Of a stretch of DNA of 29,920 nt, positions 8,674 through 16,705 are shown piece after piece (position 1 is the first letter of the stretch; each line of letters begins with the position of its first letter). Below the pieces are notes generated by a model. The model saw only the letters and a program-made list of their open reading frames with translations. It was not told where the DNA came from and searched no databases. The DNA comes from Acetobacteraceae bacterium. GTDB lineage: Bacteria > Pseudomonadota > Alphaproteobacteria > Acetobacterales > Acetobacteraceae. The position numbers and the translations under genes are program-made. The stretch is taken from contig CANJOG010000001.1 of assembly GCA_947475475.1 (NCBI GenBank), positions 1-29,920 on the forward strand, given 5' to 3'.

Positions 8674-9711
8674 ATGAAATCACACACAAGGTGCTTTGGG
8701 CGCCGCGCATTCGGCTCTCTCCTGGCCGGATCGGCCATTGCACTCTCGGGCCGCCGAGCGGCCGCGCAATCGGGCAGCCTTGATGCCCTGGTGGCCGCGG
8801 CGCGTGCCGAAGGCGGCCTCGTGTTCTATTGCGGCGCGCCCGAGGGAATGCCGAAACGGGCCATCGAGGGCTTCACCAAACGCTATAATATTCCGGCGCA
8901 ATTCGTGCGCATCAGTTCCGGCCCTTTGCAGCAGCGCTTTTCCACCGAAGCCCTGTCGGGCCAGATCGCGGCCGATTTCGTGCTGTTGGCCGGCAATGCC
9001 ATTCCCTTTGGTCGCGAGGGCATCGAGAAGGGGTGGATGGAACCGGTTGCCAAGGCTGGAATTCCCGCGATCGGTGGCGAATTCCCGTCCTCCTGGCTGC
9101 GCGGCGATGGAGTCGGCGCCGTGGTGCAGGTTGCTCCATGGGTGATCGCCTATAATTCGGAATTTGTGAAAGAGGGCGATGTGCCCAAGGACTGGTCTGA
9201 ACTGATTGCGCCGAAGTTCAGGGGGCAGATCATCCTCGCCGATCCACTGGCCTCCGATGCGTATTACGATGAATGGCAGACCGTGCTGGACAAGCATGGC
9301 GAGGCCTGGTTTGCCGGGCTGCGTGCGCAGGCTATCCGCTGGCGCGGCGACGGCATTAACGCCACCAATTCGCTGGCGGCGGGCGAATGCTGGTTTCATT
9401 ATCCGGTCACTGCGGCACAGATCACTGATGTTGCCCGCAAGGGCGCGCCGGTGAAGATGGTCAGTTTCGATCTCACTTCAGGCGTTGAGATGACCCTGCT
9501 GATGACACATCCCAGCAAGGCAAAGCATCCGAATGCGGCCAAGCTTTTCGCCAACTACCTGCTCACCGCCGAGGGCAGCCGGCTGTTCAACGACGATCCC
9601 GGTATTGTCGGCCCCTATAGCGGCGCGATGCCGAAGGAATACAAGGCGCCGAAAGGTGTCTGGACACCACCGGAACGCGACAAGCTCCGCAAGCTTCTCG
9701 GGCTGAGTTAG
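8674..9711 (+). CDS. ABC substrate-binding protein, AfuA/PotD class, Tat signal
   Basis: GGAGGA RBS before ATG 8674. GRRAFG twin-Arg signal. Motifs ARAEGGLVFYCG, IAYNSEFVK, KHPNAAKLFANYLL. Distant paralog of 3017..4018. Confidence 0.88.
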   Translation: MKSHTRCFGRRAFGSLLAGSAIALSGRRAAAQSGSLDALVAAARAEGGLVFYCGAPEGMPKRAIEGFTKRYNIPAQFVRISSGPLQQRFSTEALSGQIAADFVLLAGNAIPFGREGIEKGWMEPVAKAGIPAIGGEFPSSWLRGDGVGAVVQVAPWVIAYNSEFVKEGDVPKDWSELIAPKFRGQIILADPLASDAYYDEWQTVLDKHGEAWFAGLRAQAIRWRGDGINATNSLAAGECWFHYPVTAAQITDVARKGAPVKMVSFDLTSGVEMTLLMTHPSKAKHPNAAKLFANYLLTAEGSRLFNDDPGIVGPYSGAMPKEYKAPKGVWTPPERDKLRKLLGLS

Positions 9712-9717
9712 ATCATC

Positions 9718-9737
9718 GGCGGGCGTACGCGCCCGCC
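9718..9737. other. Perfect 8-bp GC hairpin with a TACG loop
   Basis: GGCGGGCG-TACG-CGCCCGCC, 6 nt after the SBP stop. No U-tract follows, so it is not a classical intrinsic terminator. Confidence 0.6.
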
Positions 9738-9746
9738 TGCCGCATC

Positions 9747-9797
9747 AAGCCGCCGCTCGTCGCGCGCCGCCTGGCGAACTCGACGGAGCGGCGGCTT
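9747..9797. other. Long imperfect inverted repeat (12 bp + 4 bp stem)
   Basis: AAGCCGCCGCTC (9747-9758) pairs with GAGCGGCGGCTT (9786-9797). GTCG pairs with CGAC across a 1-nt bulge, and there is an inner CGCC/GGCG stem. Confidence 0.65.
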
Positions 9798-9851
9798 CGC
9801 GATAGGTTGGGTGACGAGGAACGCTCGTAAACAACCAAGGACAGGCGGGGA

Positions 9852-10874
9852 ATGTCAGCTCATCTCATTCGCGAGGACTGGCTTGCTTTGGCCAATGAGG
9901 ACGTGCTGGATCCAGCTCTGCCGATTGTCGATCCGCATCTGCACCTGATGCTCGAATGTCCGGTGCCGATTTTCACGCCGTTGGACAAGCCCTATCTGGT
10001 CGCGGATGGGCTGGCGGAGATCGAGACTGGCCATAACATTCTGGCCACCATTCATGTCGAGGTCCGGCAATGCTACCGGACGGAAGGGCCGGAACATCTG
10101 AGGCCGGTTGGCGAAACCGAGTGGATCACCAGCCTGGCGGAGAGCGTGCCGGCAGGCAGGCCCAAGCTCAGCACCGTCAGTGTCGGCTTTGCGGAGCTGG
10201 CAATGGGCGCCGGTGTGGAGGAGGTTCTGCGCGCCCATATCGAGGCCGGGCGCGGACGGTTCCGTGGCGTGCGCAACATGGCCCATAGCGATCCGTATGG
10301 CACTGTGGCCGGTGTCTATGCTCCGCGCCCCGGCCTGTTGCGAGATGCCAAATGGCGGGAAGGTTTCGCGCAGCTGGCGCCGCTCGGGCTGAGCTATGAC
10401 GCCTTCCAGTTTCGCTTCCAGCTCCCCGATATTGCCGATCTGGCGGCGGCCTTTCCCGAGACCACGATCATCGTCAACCATCTTTCGACGCCGAGCTTCA
10501 TCGGCCCCTATGCCGGCAAGCGCGACGAGGTGTTCTCCGAATGGGCGGCGGGGATCAAGTTGCTGGCGCCCTATCCGAATGTGAAAATGAAGATCGGCGG
10601 CATCGGCGCGGACCGGTTCGGCTTCGATCTCTACAATCGGGAACTGCCAGCCTCGTCGGCTGAACTCGCCACCTTGTTCCGACCTTTCTTTGACACCTGC
10701 ATTGAAGCGATGGGCACCTCGCGCTGCATGTTCGAGAGCAATTTCCCGATCGACAAGCCGTTCTACTCCTATCGTGTCATCTGGAATGCGTATAAGCGGC
10801 TGGCCGAGGGCGCCAGCGCGGATGAAAAAGCCGATCTGTTCCGGCGCACCGCCGAACAGACCTACCGGATTTGA
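9852..10874 (+). CDS. Amidohydrolase-2 family metal-dependent hydrolase (COG3618-like, lactonase-type)
   Basis: REDWLAL...LPIVDPHLH (HxH), HVE, GRFRGVR, IVNHL, VKMKIGG, CMFESNFPID. Confidence 0.88.
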   Translation: MSAHLIREDWLALANEDVLDPALPIVDPHLHLMLECPVPIFTPLDKPYLVADGLAEIETGHNILATIHVEVRQCYRTEGPEHLRPVGETEWITSLAESVPAGRPKLSTVSVGFAELAMGAGVEEVLRAHIEAGRGRFRGVRNMAHSDPYGTVAGVYAPRPGLLRDAKWREGFAQLAPLGLSYDAFQFRFQLPDIADLAAAFPETTIIVNHLSTPSFIGPYAGKRDEVFSEWAAGIKLLAPYPNVKMKIGGIGADRFGFDLYNRELPASSAELATLFRPFFDTCIEAMGTSRCMFESNFPIDKPFYSYRVIWNAYKRLAEGASADEKADLFRRTAEQTYRI

Positions 10875-10903
10875 CCAGTCGCCGAGGGCGAGGGGAGTAG
10901 AGC

Positions 10904-11848
10904 ATGAGCAAAGTGAATTTCGCGGTGAACCTGAACGGGTTCACCAATACCGGCGATCTCGCGGGCATGATCGAGTTCATCGAGACTGCCGAGGCGCTTG
11001 GCTATGATTCCGTGAAGTTCATGGATCATGTGGTCGGCGTCGTTGCCGACAAGCATCCGGAACTTGGCTTCACGCCGTACACCCATAAGAGCCATTTCCA
11101 TGAATGCTTTGTGTTCATGGGCTATATGGCGGCACGCACCAAGCGCATCCGATTCATCACCGGCGTGCTCGGCCTGCCGCAGCGCCAGACCGCGCTGGTG
11201 GCCAAGCAGCTTGCCGAAATCGACGTTCTGACCGGCGGGCGTGTCACGCTCGGCGCTGGCATTGGCTACAACGCCACCGAATTCGAAGCTATGGGCGCGA
11301 ACTTCAAAGAGCGTGCCAAGGTGTTTGAGGAGCAAGTGCATGTCATGCGCATGCTCTGGACGCAGGAATCGGTGGAGTTCCAGGGCAAGTACCACACACT
11401 CAACCATGTGAACATCAACCCGGCGCCAATCCAGAAGCCGATCCCGATCTGGATCGGCTCCGGCCGTACCCATTCGCCGATTCCTCCGGAAGCCGTGGTC
11501 AACCGTGTTGGCCGCCTCGCCGATGGCTGGGTGCCGCTGTTCCGCAATGACGAAGCAACCGGCCGGCCGAAGAACGAGACGGTCGATTGCATCGAGCGGA
11601 TGCGCGGCTATGCGAAGGAAGCGGGCCGCAATCCTGATGACGTCATCATCGAACTCGGCGTGTTCACGCATGGCAAGACCACGCAGCGTGTCGTCGATGA
11701 GGTGAAGGCGCTGTGCGATCTGGGCACCACGCATATTCATGCGCGCGTTTCGGGTGAGACAACGGAAGAGATGGTGAATGGCTCGCCGACATCGCGTCAG
11801 ATCGAAGATATCAAGCGCTTCACGGATGTGATGGATCACTTCCGCTGA
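10904..11848 (+). CDS. Luciferase-like monooxygenase (LLM) superfamily oxidoreductase, resembling the putative F420-dependent Rv2161c-type group
   Basis: AEALGYDSV, MDHVV, MAARTKRIRF, LPQRQTALVAKQLAEIDVLTGGRVTLGAGIGYN, PIPIWIG, RLADGW. GGGGAG RBS. Confidence 0.88.
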   Translation: MSKVNFAVNLNGFTNTGDLAGMIEFIETAEALGYDSVKFMDHVVGVVADKHPELGFTPYTHKSHFHECFVFMGYMAARTKRIRFITGVLGLPQRQTALVAKQLAEIDVLTGGRVTLGAGIGYNATEFEAMGANFKERAKVFEEQVHVMRMLWTQESVEFQGKYHTLNHVNINPAPIQKPIPIWIGSGRTHSPIPPEAVVNRVGRLADGWVPLFRNDEATGRPKNETVDCIERMRGYAKEAGRNPDDVIIELGVFTHGKTTQRVVDEVKALCDLGTTHIHARVSGETTEEMVNGSPTSRQIEDIKRFTDVMDHFR

Positions 11849-11853
11849 AATGA

Positions 11854-11883
11854 AAGCGCCGCCGGTGAATGCCGGCGGCGCTT
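11854..11883 (-). terminator. Intrinsic terminator for the minus-strand operon
   Basis: Perfect 12-bp stem AAGCGCCGCCGG/CCGGCGGCGCTT with a 6-nt loop. On the minus strand the two outer T residues plus the next bases give a TTTCATTTC tail. Confidence 0.7.
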
Positions 11884-11896
11884 GAAGTATGCGCGC

Positions 11897-11926
11897 GGGG
11901 TCTGGGCTGATGCCCAGGCCCCTTTT
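11897..11926 (+). terminator. Intrinsic terminator for the plus-strand amidohydrolase-LLM transcript
   Basis: GGGGTCTGGGC-TGAT-GCCCAGGCCCC forms an 11-bp stem with one G-U pair, followed by TTTTCGTT. Confidence 0.7.
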
Positions 11927-11928
11927 CG

Positions 11929-13167
11929 TTACAGCTTGAACGCCACGCCAGGCGTTGCCGGATTGGCCGCATCCGCCGCCACGTATTCGGCGGACTCCCT
12001 CCCCTCCCAAGTATCGGCGGTTGGGCCGAGCTTGATGAAGTTGACGCGGCCGAGTCCCTGGTGATCGGCGGCGCGCATTGTCATCTTGCCCTTGGCGGAA
12101 TCCCACTCCAACCCTTCAAGAGCGCCAATCACCGCCGGTGTTTCGGTGCTGCCGGCCTTGCGGATGGCGGCTGCCATGGCGAAGACGGCATTGTGGCCGA
12201 GGAAGGCATAGGGCGAGGCGAATTCTTCCTTGGTGCGTGCGGTGAATTCGCGGGCGAGTTCTGCACCGACCGCGTTGCTGCTGTAGAGCTTGTAATACCA
12301 GTGCACATGGCACCAGGTATTCTCGGGCGTGTTGGTCTTCAGCGTGCGGCCGATATCCGGGCCGGTGGCGAATTCAGTGTTCACCTTCAGCTTGTTCCAC
12401 AGGCCGAGGGGCCGGCCCTGCTGAAGGAAGCTGATGGCATCGGCGCCGAGCTGGAGCCAGAACAGGCCTTCAATCGGCGTGGACATCAGATTGGAAATGG
12501 CCGGGCGCAGATCTGGCGTGCCAGGCTTGGTCGCGACGGCATCGAAGATTTCCACTTTGCGGCCGGCTGCCTCGTGGCCTTCACGCAAGCCCATTGCGAA
12601 GAACTGCCAGCCGGCATGGCCCGCCGCGACGTCGGGGATAAGGGCGCCCCAGCGCGTCACATTGGGATATTTCTCCGCCATCAACCTGCCCTGCGTACGG
12701 CGCGAGATAAAATCATTCTCGCCAAGCGCAAATACGTTCTTGTTGAACTGTTCGTGCGTGAAAGCGAGGTTGGCGCTGCCGGCGACAAGATAGGTGACGC
12801 CGAGAGTCGGTGCGATCGGGGCCACGGCCAGTGCCGAGGAGGTAAAGGGCGTGCCCATCATCAGATTGACGCCAGAGCCAGCCATCTCGCGCATCGCGGC
12901 GACGGCATCATTCGGCGAGGCGTGATCATCGCGGAAAACGACCTCCACCGGCCGCCCCATGACGCCGCCAGCCTTGTTGATCACATCGCGTGCAATCTCG
13001 GCGCCGGTATTCAGGCCACCAGCCCAGATGAGCTGCGAGCCGCTCATGATATTGATGAAGCCGAGGCGAATCGGCCCCGACTGCGCTTGCGCTTCAGCCC
13101 GGCGTAAAGCCGCAGCTCCGGCAAGTGTGGTTGCTCCAGCGAGCAAAGTACGGCGTTTTATCATCAT
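11929..13167 (-). CDS. HAAT (Liv-type) ABC substrate-binding protein, Tat signal, copy A
   Basis: KRRTLL twin-Arg signal, GPIRLG, GGVMGRPVEVVFRDD, KAGSTETPAVIGALEG, MRAADHQ. Start could be 13167 or 13164. Confidence 0.9.
   Translation of the reverse strand: MMIKRRTLLAGATTLAGAAALRRAEAQAQSGPIRLGFINIMSGSQLIWAGGLNTGAEIARDVINKAGGVMGRPVEVVFRDDHASPNDAVAAMREMAGSGVNLMMGTPFTSSALAVAPIAPTLGVTYLVAGSANLAFTHEQFNKNVFALGENDFISRRTQGRLMAEKYPNVTRWGALIPDVAAGHAGWQFFAMGLREGHEAAGRKVEIFDAVATKPGTPDLRPAISNLMSTPIEGLFWLQLGADAISFLQQGRPLGLWNKLKVNTEFATGPDIGRTLKTNTPENTWCHVHWYYKLYSSNAVGAELAREFTARTKEEFASPYAFLGHNAVFAMAAAIRKAGSTETPAVIGALEGLEWDSAKGKMTMRAADHQGLGRVNFIKLGPTADTWEGRESAEYVAADAANPATPGVAFKL
12337..12366. repeat. 30-nt perfect repeat, copy 1 (copy 2 at 13623-13652)
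   Basis: CTTCAGCGTGCGGCCGATATCCGGGCCGGT occurs identically in both SBP paralogs. A 24-nt identity also exists at 12851-12874 and 14137-14160. Confidence 0.9.
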
Positions 13168-13208
13168 AGTTGCCTTCTTCGAGAAGTTTATTGCGACGTG
13201 GAGGCAGA

Positions 13209-14456
13209 TCAGATCTTGAAGGCGACACCTGGCGTTGGCGGATTTGCACCATCGGCTGCGTTGTATTCGGCGAAGTCTTTCACCTCCCAGCCATCCGCAT
13301 TATTGGCAGCGCCGAGTTTGATGAAGTTGACGCGGTTCAAGGCTTGGTGATCCTCGCGCCGCATAAGCCCGCGGCCTTTCGCGTTATCCCACTCCAGACC
13401 TTCCAGCGCATTGATCACCGCCGGCGTTTCGGTGCTCCCGGCTTTGCGGAGCGCCGCGGCCATAGCGAGCACCGAGTTATGCCCGGAGAAGGAATAGGGG
13501 GAGGCGAACTCCTCCTTGGTGCGGGCGGTATATTCGCGTGCCAGCTCCTCGGCGATGGGATTGCCGGGATAGCCCTTGTAGTACCAATGAACATGCGACC
13601 AGGTATTGTCGGGCGTATTTCCCTTCAGCGTGCGGCCGATATCCGGGCCGGTCGCCATTTCGGAATTCACCTTCAATTTCTTGAACAAACCCAGTGTGAC
13701 GCCCTGCTGGTAGAAGCTGATGGCATCCGCGCCAAACATGACGTTGAACAGGCCTTCGATCGGCTCGGCCATCAGGCGCGCGATCGGCGTGCGCAATTCA
13801 GGCGCACCAAGGCGCACCAGCACCGGGTCAACCAGTTCGATTTTGCGGCCCGCTTTCTCGTGAGCCTCCTTCAGACCCAGCGCGAAAAACTGCCATCCGG
13901 AATGCCCTGCGGCGACATCGGGGAAGATTGCGCCCCAGCGCGTCACGTCGGGATAGCGCTCCGCCAGCAAGCGACCTTGCAGACGACGGGAGATGTAGTC
14001 GTTCTCGCCAATGCTGAAGGTGTTGCGATTGAACAACTCATGCGTCAGAGCGAGATTTGCGCTGCCGGACATGATGTAGACGGAGTTGAGTGTCGGCACG
14101 ATGGGGATCACGGCGAGTGCGGATGCGGTGAATGGAGTGCCCATCATCAGATTGACGCCATCGCCGGCCAATTCGCGCACTGCGGCGACGGCATCATTGG
14201 CCGAGGCGCGGTCATCACGGAAGATCAGCTCGATCGGCCGTCCATTAATGCCACCGGAATTATTGATGCGATCACGCGCGATCTCGGCGCCGATTTTCAG
14301 GCCGCCGGCCCAGACCATTTGGGCGCCGCTCATGATCGACACGAAGCCGATCCGGATCGGCCCATTCTGTGATTGGGCGTCTGCGCGCCGAGTTGCGGCG
14401 GCGGCGGCAAGCGAACCTGCACCGGCCATTAGGGTGCGTCTGCGAATGCTGGACAT
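13209..14456 (-). CDS. HAAT (Liv-type) ABC substrate-binding protein, Tat signal, copy B
   Basis: RRRTLM twin-Arg signal and GGGAGGGAG RBS. Collinear with copy A along its full length, sharing GVNLMMGTPFT, GPDIGRTLK, HVHWYYK and RTKEEFASPY. Confidence 0.9.
   Translation of the reverse strand: MSSIRRRTLMAGAGSLAAAAATRRADAQSQNGPIRIGFVSIMSGAQMVWAGGLKIGAEIARDRINNSGGINGRPIELIFRDDRASANDAVAAVRELAGDGVNLMMGTPFTASALAVIPIVPTLNSVYIMSGSANLALTHELFNRNTFSIGENDYISRRLQGRLLAERYPDVTRWGAIFPDVAAGHSGWQFFALGLKEAHEKAGRKIELVDPVLVRLGAPELRTPIARLMAEPIEGLFNVMFGADAISFYQQGVTLGLFKKLKVNSEMATGPDIGRTLKGNTPDNTWSHVHWYYKGYPGNPIAEELAREYTARTKEEFASPYSFSGHNSVLAMAAALRKAGSTETPAVINALEGLEWDNAKGRGLMRREDHQALNRVNFIKLGAANNADGWEVKDFAEYNAADGANPPTPGVAFKI
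13623..13652. repeat. 30-nt perfect repeat, copy 2
   Basis: Identical to 12337-12366; encodes TGPDIGRTLK in both paralogs. Confidence 0.9.
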
Positions 14457-14494
14457 GAGCTCTCCCTCCCATCTTTGTTCGTGGGCCGGGTGAG

Positions 14495-14516
14495 ATTTAA
14501 CTACAAGTCGGTCAAT
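14495..14516. promoter_or_regulatory. Putative operator: imperfect 22-bp palindrome
   Basis: ATTTAACTACAAGTCGGTCAAT matches its reverse complement at 14 of 22 positions. It lies in an AT-rich patch 39-60 nt upstream of SBP copy B and contains TTGACC on the minus strand. Confidence 0.35.
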
Positions 14517-14556
14517 CTATCATCATGAATTTTCGCGGCCCGGTCTTGAAGACCGT

Positions 14557-15546
14557 TCATGGGGCGAAATTCAGCCGGAGCCCTGCGGTCGGCCAGTCAT
14601 CGAACGCGATAAGTCGGCCGGTGAGCGCGCAGGTCACGTAGAGCGTGCGCCGGTCGGGTCCGCCAAAGCAGCAATTGGTCGTGCAGTCGTCCCCGGTTGC
14701 AACGTGCCTGATCGTCGTGCCATCGGGCGAAAAGATCGTGATGCCGCCATTGCCCAGCGTGCCGACGAGAATGTTTCCTGCGCTATCGACCGTGAGCGAA
14801 TCGCACATGCCGAGATTGAGCGGCATGCGTCCGGGCACCACGCCAAGGCAGCGCCGCCCGCCGACTTTGCCAGGTGCGGTCAGATCGAAGGCCCAAAGGC
14901 GTCCGGTTGTCGTCTCTGACACATACAGGATCGTCTCATCCGGGCTTAGCCCCACCCCATTGGCGGAGGCAAAGGGATGCGCCACTTCGCGGATCATCGA
15001 TCCATCGGGGGAGGCGTAGAACACCGAGCCGCCGCGTCGATGCGTCACCGTGGCGAGCATATGCAGCACGGTGAAATCCATCCCCTCGGCCACCATGCCG
15101 GTATCATGCGTCGGGCCTTCGTAATCGCCGCTATCGGTGAAGTAGAAATTGCCGGCTCGATCGAAGACGAGATCATTCGGCTTCATCAATGCGATGTCGC
15201 CGCAGGCCGTGTAAAGCGTGGTGACTGTTCCGTCCTGAGCCACGCGCTGAATTTGGCCGGGAATGCACGCCATGCTCTCGCCCGGCGTGAGCGTGCGATA
15301 GCGCGTTGTCCCGTCCGGCTGCTTTTCGCCAACGAAGCGGGAGCCTCCATTATTGCAAACATAAATAGCGCCATCCGGGCCAAGGGCGGCACCATTTGCG
15401 CCACCGCCCAATGTGGCGATCGTCTCCCGCCCGGCCGTGGTGATCCGTGTCAGCCGGCCCGCCCGCATTTCGCAAACCAGAAGATCTCCATTGGGGAGAA
15501 TCAGTGGCCCCTCGGGAAAATCGAGACCGTCGGCGACTAGGCGCAT
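14557..15546 (-). CDS. SMP-30/gluconolactonase/LRE family beta-propeller
   Basis: GLDFPEGP, GGANGAALGPDG, KPNDLVFD, ANGVGLSPDE, CDSLTVDSAGN, TTNCCFGGPDRRTLYVT. Confidence 0.92.
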   Translation of the reverse strand: MRLVADGLDFPEGPLILPNGDLLVCEMRAGRLTRITTAGRETIATLGGGANGAALGPDGAIYVCNNGGSRFVGEKQPDGTTRYRTLTPGESMACIPGQIQRVAQDGTVTTLYTACGDIALMKPNDLVFDRAGNFYFTDSGDYEGPTHDTGMVAEGMDFTVLHMLATVTHRRGGSVFYASPDGSMIREVAHPFASANGVGLSPDETILYVSETTTGRLWAFDLTAPGKVGGRRCLGVVPGRMPLNLGMCDSLTVDSAGNILVGTLGNGGITIFSPDGTTIRHVATGDDCTTNCCFGGPDRRTLYVTCALTGRLIAFDDWPTAGLRLNFAP

Positions 15547-15554
15547 AGTCTGGC

Positions 15555-16667
15555 CTAACTCAAATTAAGATCGGTTGCGCCGAAATGCCGCAATTTTTCT
15601 TCGTCCCAATCCACACCAGATCCGGGCGCTTCCTCGAAGATGAAATTGCCGCCCTCGATGGTGACCGGCCGGCGGAGAATGGGTGAGGCCCAGTCCATCA
15701 ACTCAAGCCAATGCCGCGATGGCGAGATACCCAGCATGTGGGCGGAGAATTCCGGATACATATGGCCCGAGAGCGGCATGTTGGATGCGGCGGCGAGTGG
15801 CGCACTGTCGAGCCAGCCGGTGACGCCGCCGATATGGCGCATGTCGAAATTGATGCAATCGGCCGCCTCCGCCTTGATGGCGGCAGCGACGGCGCGCGGG
15901 CCGGTGAAGTTCTCGCCTGTCTGGATCGGCGTTTTCAGCGATCGTGCGAGGCGGGCATGGCCTTCCATGTCAGTCCAGGCGCAGGGGTCCTCGAACCAGT
16001 AGAGACCTTCATCGTCGAGCATATGCAACCGCCGCATCGCTTCGCTGGTGTCCCAGCTTTGCGTCGCATCGACCATGATGTGCACGTGATCGCCCAGCGA
16101 GCGGCGCAGTGCGCGGACGGCGCGCAGATCGTCGCGTGGATTGGGGCGGCCGAGGCGCATTTTCACGCCAGTGCAGCCCGTCTCGGCCACCATCTCTTGC
16201 GCTTCGGCCACCAGCGCGTCGTCATCGAGAATACCGAGGCCGAAACTATGATAAGCACGAATCGGTGTGGTGTCGCCGCCGAGATGTACTACCAGTGGGA
16301 CGCCAGCAGCGCGCGCCGCGGCGTCCCAGGCCGCCATGTCGATCGCGGCAATAGCATTTGCGAGGGCGCCGTCCAGCCCGTCATACAGGCCAAAGCGGCG
16401 CACCATGGCAGTATTGAGCGCGCGGGGTGCAAGCGGCTTGCCGATAACCCAGCCGGCGAGCGTGCCGATCAGGCTGGCTGCCATGCGCGTATCCTCGTCG
16501 CCGAGAATATGCACGTAGGAACGGCCCTCGACGCCGGAATGGGTTTTCAGATCGACCAGGATCAGCGTGCCAGTGCGCACGGTGATCAGCGGCGCGATGA
16601 GCGGGCGACGCAGCGGAACAGTGACGGCGCGCAGCCGGATAGTGGCGATCGTGTCAGTAGGCAGCAT
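15555..16667 (-). CDS. Enolase-superfamily enzyme, mandelate racemase subgroup
   Basis: GGAGGA RBS before ATG 16667. AIAAIDMAAWD, KMR, metal ligands MVD/WFED/TGEN, NFD, SGH, WLE. Confidence 0.9.
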   Translation of the reverse strand: MLPTDTIATIRLRAVTVPLRRPLIAPLITVRTGTLILVDLKTHSGVEGRSYVHILGDEDTRMAASLIGTLAGWVIGKPLAPRALNTAMVRRFGLYDGLDGALANAIAAIDMAAWDAAARAAGVPLVVHLGGDTTPIRAYHSFGLGILDDDALVAEAQEMVAETGCTGVKMRLGRPNPRDDLRAVRALRRSLGDHVHIMVDATQSWDTSEAMRRLHMLDDEGLYWFEDPCAWTDMEGHARLARSLKTPIQTGENFTGPRAVAAAIKAEAADCINFDMRHIGGVTGWLDSAPLAAASNMPLSGHMYPEFSAHMLGISPSRHWLELMDWASPILRRPVTIEGGNFIFEEAPGSGVDWDEEKLRHFGATDLNLS

Positions 16668-16705
16668 GGCTTCCTCCGCCTCGTTCGATTGCAGCCGTTT
16701 TGGCT

